From Gammaproteobacteria bacterium (GTDB lineage: Bacteria > Pseudomonadota > Gammaproteobacteria > Eutrophobiales > Eutrophobiaceae): 64,000 nt of DNA. Below are positions 29,983-39,976 of this stretch, piece by piece (position 1 is the stretch's first letter; each line of letters begins with the position of its first letter). The translations under genes were made by a program, and so were the position numbers. Under the pieces are notes generated by a model, which made no database searches, was not told where the DNA came from, and saw only the letters and a list, made by a program, of their open reading frames with translations. Location of the stretch: the NCBI GenBank assembly GCA_965222155.1, contig CBDCTH010000012.1, forward strand, positions 768,001 to 832,000, written 5' to 3'.

Positions 29983-32237
29983 ACTATCCCTCTATTCCGG
30001 GTGTCGGCGCTGTTCAGCGCGAATTTGGTTTTATTGATGGGTAGCCTGATAACGACACTGGCCCCCGGCCCGTCCGCGTTATTTCTGATCCAGACCAGCC
30101 CGCCATGTTCTTCCACAATCTTTTTCACTATTGCCAGCCCTAAACCGGTGCCTTTCTGTTTGGTGGTTACGTAAGGTTCAAATACAGTCGACATTATATC
30201 CTCGTTTACGCCGCTGCCGGTATCCCTGATACGGATTTCCATATAGTCCATGGCATGCAGGCTTACGTAAGCAGTAGAGATGGATAAGGCCAGATTTTCT
30301 CCCTGCTTGCGAGCATCAAGCGCATTCTTGATTACATTATTGAAGACTTGCCGCAAGCGGCCCGGGTCCGCGCTGATAACCGATTGATCTTCCGTAAGAT
30401 TAAGCGTGATTTTTACGCTTGTGTCCATATTCATGTACAGGTCAATCACTTCCTCCAGCACCAGGTTCAAGTCGACATCACGGGGCGACATGACCGGCGC
30501 CCGCGCATAATCGGAGAATGCGTTGACCATTCCCTTCATGGTTTCCACCTGTTTGATAATCGTTGTAGTAAGCCGGTCCAGTGTCTCCGCCTGGTCCCCG
30601 GGCGCTGATCGGAGATACTTATGGCGCAGCCTTTCCGCCGCCAGTTGTATCGGTGTTAACGGGTTTTTAATTTCATGGGCAAGTCGCCGGGCCATTTCAC
30701 TCCAGGCCGCGTCGCGTTGCCCCTGTAACATTGCAGTGATATCGTCGAAAACAATGATGTGGACCAGGGCTTTTTCCCGGGCCGGGACAATGGACGTTCC
30801 CCTGCACATGAGCACCTGGCGACCACTGGCGCCGAACAGAGTAACCTGCTGATCCCAGCTCGATTCGCCCTGGTCTATGTGCGACTGAAACAGGTTATGC
30901 AGTTGTTCCAGGTGTTTGTAACGGTCACATATCCGGCTGAACGAACGGCCCAGAATTTCGCTTATATCAATACCCAGGATCCTGCCGCCGCTGATGTTGA
31001 CGGTGCGCAGGCATTTTTCCGCATCCAGGACAAGTACGCCGGACGACAGCCGCTTCAATACGGCTTCCAGGTATTTATGCTGGATTTCCGCTTCATCCTG
31101 ACTGCGTTTGGCCGCGTCCCTGGCGCTGGCTATCTTGCGGGTCATGTCGTTAAACGATGCGACCAGAAACCCCAGCTCATCATTACCCGGAACCCGCAGC
31201 CTGGTATGATAATCACCCTCGGCCACGGATTTTGTCCCTTCCGCCAGGTCGCGAATCGGCGCGGCCAGCTTTCTTGCTGAATAAAACGCGGCCCATACGG
31301 CTGAAAATATACTGAACAACAACACCATGGTCAGTATCAGGATAAAACTCAGTTTAAGCTGCTCCCTGAGATAGGACAACTCCTCGTACTGGGTAAAAGC
31401 TGATTGAACGCTTTGCGCCAAATTGTTTACCCGTTCGGTCAAAGGGTATAAGGCCTGGATGATCCGGGCCTCGTTGCTGATACCGGAATTCGGTACGTTG
31501 ACTACGACACGAAAAGACAGGCCGGCATTTCTCACGGTGTCCATACCGATATAGCTGTTGCCCTGCAGTACCTGGAACAAGACAGTCTCATCGGGCGAGT
31601 CAGGTACGAGGTTGTCCGGATTTGCTGAACTGGAACCGATAATAATCCCCTGTCTGGTCATTACGATCATTTCATCAGCACCGCTGCTGTTGCGGAATTG
31701 ATCGATTTTAAAGGGGATCAAGGCGTCATTGGTCTGCGAAATTTCTTCCGCCATCTTCTCAGACTGTTTGAGGAGTTCCTTCATGCGGATCTCCAGGGCC
31801 AGCTGACTTAATTCGAGGGAGTCTTCCAACGCGTGCTCGACGCGTAAATCAAACCAGCTGTCGATGCCCCGGTACAGGAAATCCAGGGAAAAGTAGTAGA
31901 GGATGAGTACCGGCGTAACCGACAGGATCACAAACATGGTAACCATGCGTACGGTCAGCCGGGCGCCAGCAACGCGTTCCCGCGCTTGTTTGATCAGGCC
32001 GCGGATATTCAGGCCAATTAATATGATCAGAATCAGCAGACCAAGGGCATTGAAGATCAGCAGGCTGAAATAGAACTGATCCGTCTGCACCGAGTTTTGC
32101 AGCGCCTTGCTCATTATCAGCAATGAGGCCAGCATGCAACCGAACAGCAGCACGCCCGCCAGCAGTATTAAACGTCCGCCGCTTAGCCCGGATTTCTCAC
32201 CAGGTGATGCGATGATTGCACCGGATTTTTTACGCAT
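29979..32237 (-). CDS. ntrY: NtrY-like sensor histidine kinase; present start codon probably supplied by a MITE
   Basis: TM-HAMP-PAS, AWSEMARRLAHEIKNPLTPIQL, FEPYVTTK.KGTGLGL. The ORF-track extension to 32570 is MITE sequence. Confidence 0.85.
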   Translation of the reverse strand: MRKKSGAIIASPGEKSGLSGGRLILLAGVLLFGCMLASLLIMSKALQNSVQTDQFYFSLLIFNALGLLILIILIGLNIRGLIKQARERVAGARLTVRMVTMFVILSVTPVLILYYFSLDFLYRGIDSWFDLRVEHALEDSLELSQLALEIRMKELLKQSEKMAEEISQTNDALIPFKIDQFRNSSGADEMIVMTRQGIIIGSSSANPDNLVPDSPDETVLFQVLQGNSYIGMDTVRNAGLSFRVVVNVPNSGISNEARIIQALYPLTERVNNLAQSVQSAFTQYEELSYLREQLKLSFILILTMVLLFSIFSAVWAAFYSARKLAAPIRDLAEGTKSVAEGDYHTRLRVPGNDELGFLVASFNDMTRKIASARDAAKRSQDEAEIQHKYLEAVLKRLSSGVLVLDAEKCLRTVNISGGRILGIDISEILGRSFSRICDRYKHLEQLHNLFQSHIDQGESSWDQQVTLFGASGRQVLMCRGTSIVPAREKALVHIIVFDDITAMLQGQRDAAWSEMARRLAHEIKNPLTPIQLAAERLRHKYLRSAPGDQAETLDRLTTTIIKQVETMKGMVNAFSDYARAPVMSPRDVDLNLVLEEVIDLYMNMDTSVKITLNLTEDQSVISADPGRLRQVFNNVIKNALDARKQGENLALSISTAYVSLHAMDYMEIRIRDTGSGVNEDIMSTVFEPYVTTKQKGTGLGLAIVKKIVEEHGGLVWIRNNADGPGASVVIRLPINKTKFALNSADTRNRGIV

Positions 32238-32589
32238 ACGGGCGCCTGCGACCGAAAGCGTAGTGGTTCCTGATGCGCCCCGTCCATGGGGCGCACCCTG
32301 CGGGCGTCCTTTGGACGTCCAAATCTGCTCCAGGCAGATTTGTCTGGTTGAGGGACAAATCGTCAGGACAGGCGATTTGCACGGCGACAGCCGCCCGTAG
32401 GGTTGCGCCCAGAGCCTGCCCCTGCGGTTGTAAGCAGGGGGATGGGCGCAATGAACACGTGCCCGTATGCGTAAAAAAGACAAGCGAGACAAATCGGCAC
32501 GATAGCCGATTTGCACGGCGCAAGCCGCCCGCAGGGTTGCGCCCAGAGAAGGGCGCAATGAACGCATCACCTGGTGAGAAATCCGGGCT
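32184..32589. mobile_element. 406-bp MITE-like element (family M) inserted after codon 2 of ntrY
   Basis: TIR AGCCCGGATTTCTCACCAGGTGATGCG at both ends, with internal duplicated hairpins. Confidence 0.85.
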
Positions 32590-32594
32590 GTTCA

Positions 32595-33191
32595 TTATCT
32601 GATTGTCCAGTGGTGCCATTCACTGTCCGATTGCCATTTATTCAATATGTAGGCAACAGGTTTTAACGGTGGCGGCAGGTTTTCCACGTTCAATTTAGCT
32701 TTGAGCAAGCCGACCAGGTTTGCTTCATCGTCGATATTTTCGCTGTTCAATAATAAGTAACGGTCAAGCGTACCCAGATATTTTAGCGCATTTTCCAATG
32801 TGTCGAATTGCCGTCGCTGGGAATTTCTGACATTGGTAACTATGTAGACGTCCGACAGCAGCAGGTGGTCCAGTTTGAATTTGATGATATCCTCTTTGTA
32901 AAGCCTGTCCCAGAGCCATTTACGTTTTTCCTTGACCTTGATAATAATATCTATATCCAGGTCCACTCCATGATCAAGCGCCTCCAATAGATCGTCATGC
33001 AGGTAAAAATGTATCCGCGCATCAAGGAAATAACTGTTTTCGACCAACTCACTGGCGACGTGTTCCACTGTAATATTCTCGCCCGCGCATACGTTGACGG
33101 AAAGCAGTATAAATAAAACAACTGACCCGACCCGACTTGTTAATGTCATTCCCATTGAATACAGTATGGGCACTTTCGTGGCTACGGTCAA
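32595..33191 (-). CDS. DUF4390 domain periplasmic protein
   Basis: L.EALDHGV.L, LPPPLKP.A, W..DSEW; conserved position upstream of ntrY. Start may be 33155 or 33149. Confidence 0.8.
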   Translation of the reverse strand: MTVATKVPILYSMGMTLTSRVGSVVLFILLSVNVCAGENITVEHVASELVENSYFLDARIHFYLHDDLLEALDHGVDLDIDIIIKVKEKRKWLWDRLYKEDIIKFKLDHLLLSDVYIVTNVRNSQRRQFDTLENALKYLGTLDRYLLLNSENIDDEANLVGLLKAKLNVENLPPPLKPVAYILNKWQSDSEWHHWTIR

Positions 33192-33247
33192 AACACACTA
33201 TGTATTCAGCACCTCTCGCGCAAAGCCCCCGACAAAAATAAATCCCT

Positions 33248-34594
33248 GTGCCCGAATTAAAAATAAGAGCTGACTGGCCATTCCCCGTCAAACACTCCCT
33301 TATCTATTATGGCTGGGTGATCTGGCTTGTCTCGTCTATGGGCTTTGTCATGACTATACCCGGACAAACCATGGGTATGGCCGTGTTCACGGATCACTTG
33401 ATTGAGGCACTTGGATTGTCACGGACAGAACTTTCTATCGCGTATTTACTCGGCACTCTTGGCAGTTCTTTATTTCTGACCAGGGCCGGCCGGTTTTACG
33501 ATGAAACGGGTGCCCGGATATCTATTGTCGTCTCAAGTATCGGGCTTGGCTTGTTTGTGAGTTTCATTGCTTGCATTGAGCAGGTCGCCCAGGCCCTGAA
33601 CAACATTACTGCAATTACATCATCGCTCATTACCTTCCCGCTGATTTTACTTGGTTATTTCGGTGTGCGCTTTGCCGGTCAAGGTGTACTCGCAAATTCA
33701 GCCAGGAACGTATTGCTGGTCTGGTTTGAAAAAAGGCGCGGCCTGGTTGTCGGCGCCCGTAGCGTCATTATCACCTTGGGATTTTCCCTGGCGCCTCCGT
33801 TTCTTGCTTTCCTGATCGCTTATTTTGGCTGGCGCGGCGCATTATTCGTCCTTGCCGTTATTTCAGGTGTGATATTCAGCCTGATCGCGCTTATTTTTAT
33901 CAGAGATACCCCCGAATCCTGTGGCCTGTTACCTGATGGCTACGTCACCGAGGACACCGGTAAACCGCCTGCCATACCCAGCCGGACGCTGGTTCAGGCT
34001 AAAAAAAGCCCTGTCTTCTGGATCTATGCGGCTGCGCTTGGTTTTTACTCTTTGTTTGGAACGGCGTTCATTTTTCATATTGTCGCGATATTTGATGAGG
34101 CAGGGAGAAGTTCTGCGGAAGCATTCGCCTACTTTTTCCCGCTCGCAATTGTATCGGTATCCGTTAACCTGACCAGTAGCTGGCTGTCCGACAGGACCCG
34201 GCTCAAGAACCTGCTCGTCGTAAAACTCATGGCTTTTATTCTGGGGGCATGGGGCTTGCTGCATTTACATGAACAGTCAGGATACTGGACTATGGTTGCA
34301 GGTTTCGGCGCTTGCGGCGGTATCTGGGGCGCCCTTTCAAACCTGGCCTTCATACGGTTTTTCGGGCGTCAGCACCTGGGGAAAATCAGTGGTCTGAGCA
34401 TGTCTCTGGTTGTATTCGGCAGCGCCATAGGCCCGGCCTTGTTCAGTGTCGGTTATGATCTGTTCGGCACCTTTCATGCCGCAGTATGGTTAAGCCTTAC
34501 CATTCTGGTTGTGTTATTGATTGCTGCCATCATCATACCGCAACCGGAACCCGTCCCCCTTGTCAGCCCCGAAATTTCACCAATAGATATTTAA
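33248..34594 (+). CDS. MFS transporter
   Basis: YYGW, PGQTMG.AVF, WFEKRRG, FFGR.HLG.I.G; about 12 TM segments. Confidence 0.88.
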   Translation: MPELKIRADWPFPVKHSLIYYGWVIWLVSSMGFVMTIPGQTMGMAVFTDHLIEALGLSRTELSIAYLLGTLGSSLFLTRAGRFYDETGARISIVVSSIGLGLFVSFIACIEQVAQALNNITAITSSLITFPLILLGYFGVRFAGQGVLANSARNVLLVWFEKRRGLVVGARSVIITLGFSLAPPFLAFLIAYFGWRGALFVLAVISGVIFSLIALIFIRDTPESCGLLPDGYVTEDTGKPPAIPSRTLVQAKKSPVFWIYAAALGFYSLFGTAFIFHIVAIFDEAGRSSAEAFAYFFPLAIVSVSVNLTSSWLSDRTRLKNLLVVKLMAFILGAWGLLHLHEQSGYWTMVAGFGACGGIWGALSNLAFIRFFGRQHLGKISGLSMSLVVFGSAIGPALFSVGYDLFGTFHAAVWLSLTILVVLLIAAIIIPQPEPVPLVSPEISPIDI

Positions 34595-34680
34595 ATTTGG
34601 GACACCCATAAATTTGGGAATAAATTTGGGACACCCATAATTATTGGGCAGCTGAATTTGGGACACCCATAAATTTTGGG
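34594..34680. repeat. Three direct copies of AATTTGGGACACCCATA (family G)
   Basis: Copies near 34594, 34623 and 34655, with partial units between and after them. Confidence 0.8.
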
Positions 34681-34752
34681 CGATTCAGGTGGCAAATTTA
34701 TGGAATGTGGTACGCTGCAAACTTTAAAACACGACCGGTATATTGAAATAAC

Positions 34753-35581
34753 ATGAATACCCCCGTCTTTTTCCCAAACGGAGTATCCGTCCCGGCACTG
34801 GGACAGGGTACTTGGTGTATGGGTAAAAATCGCCTGGAGCGGAATTCAGAAGCGGATGCGATACGTCTCGGACTGGATTTGGGCATGACGCTGATCGATA
34901 CGGCAGAGATGTATGATGATGCAGAGATTGTAGTAGGCAAGGCTTTGAAAGGCCGGCGTGATGATGCCTATATAGTGAGTAAGGTGTTGCCTCGCAATGC
35001 ATCTTTTTCGGGTACGATCAAGGCGTGTGAGAAAAGCCTGCGCCGGATGGGGATAGAGTGTATGGACCTGTACCTGCTTCACTGGCCGGGAAGTCACCCG
35101 GTGCAAGAGACCCTGGATGCCTTTGTGCGACTCCGGGAACAGGGAAAAATTGCAGCTTTTGGGGTGAGCAATTTCGATGTTTCAGAGATGGAAGAAGCCT
35201 GGGAATGCCCGGGTGGGCCGAATATCGCGACGAACCAGGTGCTGTACAACTTGGAACGCCGGGAAGTTGAAGGGGAACTGCGTAGCTGGTGTAGGCAGCG
35301 CAACGTGCCGTTGATGGCGTATTCGCCGTTCAACCAGGGGAGACTGGATAGCGCGCCTTTGCAGGCTGTAGCGCAAAGACACAATGCCGGTCCATACCAG
35401 ATCGCGCTGGCGTGGCTGCTGCACCAAAACAACGTGATTGTCATTCCCAAGAGCTCAAGACGGGATCATATCGAGGAAAATCATGCTGCCGCTGAAATCT
35501 CGTTAACAAACTCAAGACTTGGAAGAAATTAACCGGGCATTCCCCTCTCCGGCGGGTGTCTCGTCCCTGAAAATGGTTTGA
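34753..35581 (+). CDS. Aldo/keto reductase (YeaE-like) with an apparent frameshift near the 3' end
   Basis: LGQGTW, IDTAEMY, DLYLLHWP, GVSNF, NQVLYNL, IPKS. The expected C-terminus continues in another frame to TGA 35581. Confidence 0.85.
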
Positions 35582-35685
35582 TAATAAGTGTTCTGTTAAT
35601 CCGGCGATGCCTGAGTCCGGATTATATAAACCAATGCTGTCGTGCCCGTGAAGGTGCGCGAATTCAAGTGTCTGTTCTCCATCCA

Positions 35686-37020
35686 TCAACTCATCCTGAG
35701 CAATACCGCATAGTAAAACCCATCCGTAGCATCAAGGCAGGATAGCAATTGCCGGCCGTATTCCGTCGCGATTCCCCATTCTGCCCGGATAGTTTCGATG
35801 TTTGCCGAAGGATGCGTGTCCAGGAATGTTTCGATTACCCGGTCGTTTTCATCATGTAGTATGGAACAGGTCGAATAGACCAGTTTTCCGCCCTGTTTCA
35901 GCAGCGGCCAGATGGATGCCAGCAGTTCCGACTGGGTGTCTTGCAGGATGGGAAGCTGCTCGGGGCTCTTCAAGCGTTTAACATCAGGATGCCGGCGGAT
36001 TACCCCGGTAGCGCTGCATGGTGCGTCCAGCAGGATACGATCATACCGACGCCCATCCCACCAGGTGTCTGTCCTGGTCGCATCTGCCTTGATAACGGTT
36101 GCATTCAGTTTCAGTCTGGTCAGGGTATCGTGCAACCGGCCGATGCGTTTTTCATCGATGTCTATGGCTGTTATTTCAGCAATCGACGGCTGTAATTCGC
36201 AGATATGGGCGGTTTTCCCACCGGGCGCCGCACAAGCGTCCAAGACCCTGTCCCCCGGACTTGGATCCAGCAAGATTGCCGCTAACTGGGCACCGGCGTC
36301 CTGTACTGATACATAACCGTCAGTGAAACCGGGCAGTTCATTGACATCAACCGGGTCCAGTACCTGAATTGCGCAAGGCGTCAGGGCTGTTTTTTCCGCC
36401 TTGATGCCACTCCGGCCCAGGTCCTCCAGGTAATCTTCCCTGGAGGTCTGAGAAACATTTACCCTTAAATGCTGGGGTGGGCGTTGATTATTGGCCGGTA
36501 AAATGGCTTCCCACAGGTCAGGCCAGTCCTGTTTGATCCTGTCAATTAACCAGTGCGGATGCGAATAACGCGCGCTGGCGCTTTGACCCAGTTCCGCTTC
36601 GACCCGGTGAAACTCGCGCTGTGACCTTCTCAGTACCGCATTAACCAACGGTTTTGCCCATGCCTTGTCCAGTTCAACCGTTGCGTTTACCGTTTCAGAT
36701 ATTGCCGCGTGGGCAGGTGTATCAAGGTGGTGCAGTTGGTATAGTCCGACCAGGATCAGTATCCTGATATCGCCGTCCCGCGGTTTCAGGGGTTTGCTCA
36801 GGTAGCGCGCAAGGATAAACTCCAGTTGATCAAACCAGCGCAGAGTCCCGAAGCAAAGCTCCTTGACGAATCCCCGGTCATCCCGGCGTTTGAGTGCAGG
36901 CAGGTGTTCTGCCATTGCTGCGTCCAGGGTGAGTCCGGAATCGACGACCCGGCAGATGATTTTTGCTGAAATTGCCCTAGCCAGCATAAGGTTCCCGGCC
37001 AGAAAACCACGACTCGCCAT
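35686..37020 (-). CDS. rsmB: 16S rRNA m5C967 methyltransferase
   Basis: NusB-like N-terminus, VLDACAAPGGKT, LDAPCSATGVIRRHPD, YSTCS. Start may be 36987. Confidence 0.95.
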   Translation of the reverse strand: MASRGFLAGNLMLARAISAKIICRVVDSGLTLDAAMAEHLPALKRRDDRGFVKELCFGTLRWFDQLEFILARYLSKPLKPRDGDIRILILVGLYQLHHLDTPAHAAISETVNATVELDKAWAKPLVNAVLRRSQREFHRVEAELGQSASARYSHPHWLIDRIKQDWPDLWEAILPANNQRPPQHLRVNVSQTSREDYLEDLGRSGIKAEKTALTPCAIQVLDPVDVNELPGFTDGYVSVQDAGAQLAAILLDPSPGDRVLDACAAPGGKTAHICELQPSIAEITAIDIDEKRIGRLHDTLTRLKLNATVIKADATRTDTWWDGRRYDRILLDAPCSATGVIRRHPDVKRLKSPEQLPILQDTQSELLASIWPLLKQGGKLVYSTCSILHDENDRVIETFLDTHPSANIETIRAEWGIATEYGRQLLSCLDATDGFYYAVLLRMS

Positions 37021-37108
37021 TCCTGCGAAAGCAGGAATCTAGTGAAACAAAGCGCCGCCTTCGGCGGCACGTCATTGGACTGGATTCCTGCTTTCGCAGG
37101 AATGGCGA
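37014..37108. repeat. Family C REP inverted doublet
   Basis: CATTCCTGCGAAAGCAGGAATC ... GATTCCTGCTTTCGCAGGAATG. Confidence 0.85.
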
Positions 37109-37145
37109 CAGGGTGCGAAAACATGGTTTGTTCCCTTTTTTCACT

Positions 37146-38078
37146 TCAGCTCTTGGCACTATACATAAACAGGTCAGGATAGCCGTTGTAGAATTCCCTG
37201 ATACGTTGTCTTTTCTTTCCTTCCAGTTGCAGAGCGAGTATCCGTATGGCTTGATTTTTTGTAGATACGTCCAGTCCTTCCGAGGTGTAGGAGATGATTT
37301 CCCCGGGGCTGTTATTCGCGGTATCGGTGTCCAGTATCCGAGCTTCCCAGATACGTATTCTCATATTGTTCAGGCTGGTGAACGCAACCGGCGCCGGGTT
37401 GAACGCGCGAATAGTTCTCTCTACCTGTTCCGCTCCCATATTCCAGTCAATTTCAGCCTCCTGCTTGGTAACCTTGCCGGCATAGGTTGCAAACCTGTCA
37501 TCCTGTTCTCTCATGTCGGCGGCGCCTGCCGCCAGCCTGGCTAGTGCTTCCAACAGGCATTCGCTGCCCAGTGACGCCAGTCGTCCCAACAAGGTTAAAC
37601 CGGTATCGGTATCGTTGATTTCACAGGATTTCTGCAACATGATTTTCCCGGTATCAATACCGCTGTCCATGCGCATGATTGAAATGCCGGTTTCCTTGTC
37701 ACCCGCCTGGATCGCCCGCTGGACAGGAGCGGCGCCGCGCCACCTGGGTAGCAGGGATCCGTGGACGTTGATGCAACCGTAGCAGGGCTGTGATAGTACC
37801 GTTGACGGGAGGATCAAGCCGTAAGCGACGACGATTAACGCGTCGACATCGCCCAGGTCAGCGTCCTGCGCGAGTTCTGCCGGGGTCGCGGGTTGTTTTA
37901 CGGGGATAGCGAACTGCTGTGCAATTTGCTTGACCGGGCTCGGGCGTGCTTTCCTGCCGCGTCCCGCTGGCCGGTCCGGCTGGGTGTAAACATGCTTGAT
38001 TTCGTGCTGCGGGTTTTCCAGCAGCGCGCTGAGAATGACTGCCGCGATATCAGGCGTGCCGGCGAAGGAGAGGTTCAC
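37146..38078 (-). CDS. fmt: Methionyl-tRNA formyltransferase
   Basis: FAGTP, TQPDRPAGRG, NVHGSLLPRWRGAAP. Confidence 0.97.
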   Translation of the reverse strand: MNLSFAGTPDIAAVILSALLENPQHEIKHVYTQPDRPAGRGRKARPSPVKQIAQQFAIPVKQPATPAELAQDADLGDVDALIVVAYGLILPSTVLSQPCYGCINVHGSLLPRWRGAAPVQRAIQAGDKETGISIMRMDSGIDTGKIMLQKSCEINDTDTGLTLLGRLASLGSECLLEALARLAAGAADMREQDDRFATYAGKVTKQEAEIDWNMGAEQVERTIRAFNPAPVAFTSLNNMRIRIWEARILDTDTANNSPGEIISYTSEGLDVSTKNQAIRILALQLEGKKRQRIREFYNGYPDLFMYSAKS

Positions 38079-38581
38079 AAGGCGTGGATTTTGTTCTGCT
38101 TCTCTATTTTCTTACGCAGGCGCTTTTTTTTTATCGGGGACAGATAATCGATGAACAGTTTTCCGTCAAGATGATCGATTTCATGCTGGATGCAGACTGC
38201 GCGCAGACCGTCTGTCTCATCTTCGATTACCTCTCCGTCCAGGTTGAGGTAACGGTAGGAAATTTTTTCAGCCCGCTGCACCAAGTCGGAGTATCCGGGC
38301 ACCGAAAGACAGCCTTCCTCCATTTCCTCGCTCCCTGTTTTCTCAATGATTTCCGGGTTGACCAGGGTCACGGGCGTGTTTCTTTCTGCCGAGAGGTCCA
38401 TGACGACGACCCGCTGTTGTACGTCCACCTGGGTGGCGGCAAGGCCGATGCCGTTTTCCGCGTACATGGTTTCCAGCATATCCTGTGACAGCCTTTTGAT
38501 TCCGGCGTCGACGGCAGCAACGGGATCAGCCTTTTTGCGTAATCGGGGATCCGGAAAATGTAATACGGTTAACCTTGACAT
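38075..38581 (-). CDS. def: Peptide deformylase
   Basis: GIGLAATQ, EGCLSVP, QHEIDHLDG. Confidence 0.98.
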   Translation of the reverse strand: MSRLTVLHFPDPRLRKKADPVAAVDAGIKRLSQDMLETMYAENGIGLAATQVDVQQRVVVMDLSAERNTPVTLVNPEIIEKTGSEEMEEGCLSVPGYSDLVQRAEKISYRYLNLDGEVIEDETDGLRAVCIQHEIDHLDGKLFIDYLSPIKKKRLRKKIEKQNKIHAL

Positions 38582-38777
38582 CGAATGTTTGCTCTATAGC
38601 CGTAGCGTCGGCGATGTAAATCTTGGACCATTATCTACAAAAAAAGTGCCGGATGCAAAACAGTGTTTTCGATTGACTCTGAAACTGATCCGGGTTTACA
38701 CTTTCCGGCATTCCGCAAGGGACGTCTTTGCGGGCCTTTCCATATATCAGAAGCTACAATTATCAGGGAGGATATTG

Positions 38778-39926
38778 GTGAACACAGTGATTGCCAGGCT
38801 CACGGATGGGCCTTTTGACCATTCTCAACTTCATTCCTGGCTGGCCTTAATACACGCAGGGGCGGTGGCTGGGCATAACCTGGCGCAGTTGCTGGAGAAA
38901 TTCGTTACTGCCGAGGCTGTTATCGATGCTGTCAAGGCAGGGCTGATCAATCGTTCCCAGTTACCGCTGAAAGCCCTCGAATGCCTGCGCAAACCTGACC
39001 GGAAGGAAATTGAGCGCGAAATCAGGTGGCTGGAACATCCGGACCATCATCTGGTCGCGCTCAATAGTTCTCGTTATCCGGCTTTGTTAAAACAGATATC
39101 GGCGCCGCCTCCGGGCTTGTTCGTGCGTGGCGACCCGGACGTCTTGATGAGTCATCAGGTTGCCATAGTCGGGAGTCGAAAACCGACCATTGATGGCCGC
39201 AAGGACGCTGGATATTTTGCTGCAGAACTCGCAAAACAAGGGATTACCGTGACCAGCGGGTTAGCTCAAGGGATAGATACCGAAGCCCACAGAGGCGCTC
39301 TGACCCAACAAGGCAGGACTGTGGCGGTGTTAGGCAGTGGGCTGGATTGCATTTACCCGAAGGTAAATGCCGGGTTGGCCGATAAAATCAGTGAAGACGG
39401 AGCGCTGGTCTCTGAATTTCCGCTGTCCCAGCGGCCGTTTGCCGGAAATTTTCCGCGCCGCAACCGGATCATCAGTGGCCTCAGTGCCGGAGTTCTGGTA
39501 GTTGAAGCAGCACATTATAGCGGTTCACTGATCACAGCAAGACATGCACTTGAGCAGAACCGGGAGGTTTTTGCCGTGCCGGGATCCATCAGGAACCCCA
39601 TGAAGCAGGGCTGTCATGGTTTGCTGCGCGAAGGGGCCGGACTGGTGGAGCGTGTCGAAGATATTTTTGCTGCGCTCGACCAGTTCAAGGTCCTCACCGA
39701 GTCCTCCTCCGCAGCGGCTGCCGCGCGAACTGAAACCATAAACGGACTTGACGAACAGGAAAAAGTCCTGCTTGATAATATAGGATATGAGCCTACGGGC
39801 CTGGACGAAATCGTCAATATGACGAAATTCGGGATTGAGGACATAATGGGTAAGCTGTTAAATCTGGAACTGGCCGGATTGATTACGACTGTTGCCCCAG
39901 GCTCGTACGTCCGCGGTAGGCGCTAA
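38778..39926 (+). CDS. dprA: DNA-processing protein DprA
   Basis: VAIVGSR, SGLAQGID.EAH, FPRRNRIISGLS, SGSLITA; GTG start with GGAGG at 38767. Confidence 0.93.
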   Translation: MNTVIARLTDGPFDHSQLHSWLALIHAGAVAGHNLAQLLEKFVTAEAVIDAVKAGLINRSQLPLKALECLRKPDRKEIEREIRWLEHPDHHLVALNSSRYPALLKQISAPPPGLFVRGDPDVLMSHQVAIVGSRKPTIDGRKDAGYFAAELAKQGITVTSGLAQGIDTEAHRGALTQQGRTVAVLGSGLDCIYPKVNAGLADKISEDGALVSEFPLSQRPFAGNFPRRNRIISGLSAGVLVVEAAHYSGSLITARHALEQNREVFAVPGSIRNPMKQGCHGLLREGAGLVERVEDIFAALDQFKVLTESSSAAAAARTETINGLDEQEKVLLDNIGYEPTGLDEIVNMTKFGIEDIMGKLLNLELAGLITTVAPGSYVRGRR

Positions 39927-39976
39927 CTGCCGTTGCCGGAATAGAGATAAACAATAATAAAGTAGAAAAAAATAAG

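Noticed and set aside
32238-32570. Long N-terminal extension of NtrY in the ORF track (863 aa)
   Set aside because: Entirely MITE-derived and of non-protein-like composition; kept only as an alternative start.
34594-34680. Possible mini-CRISPR or iteron array
   Set aside because: 17-bp units with short irregular spacers made of partial repeats; no rep or cas gene nearby.
35441-35689. 82-aa ORF coupled to the rsmB stop
   Set aside because: No recognisable motif, and it overlaps the reductase antisense; could be a remnant but cannot be supported.
38346-38777. 144-aa N-terminal extension of DprA
   Set aside because: Overlaps def on the opposite strand; a good RBS and GTG exist at 38778.
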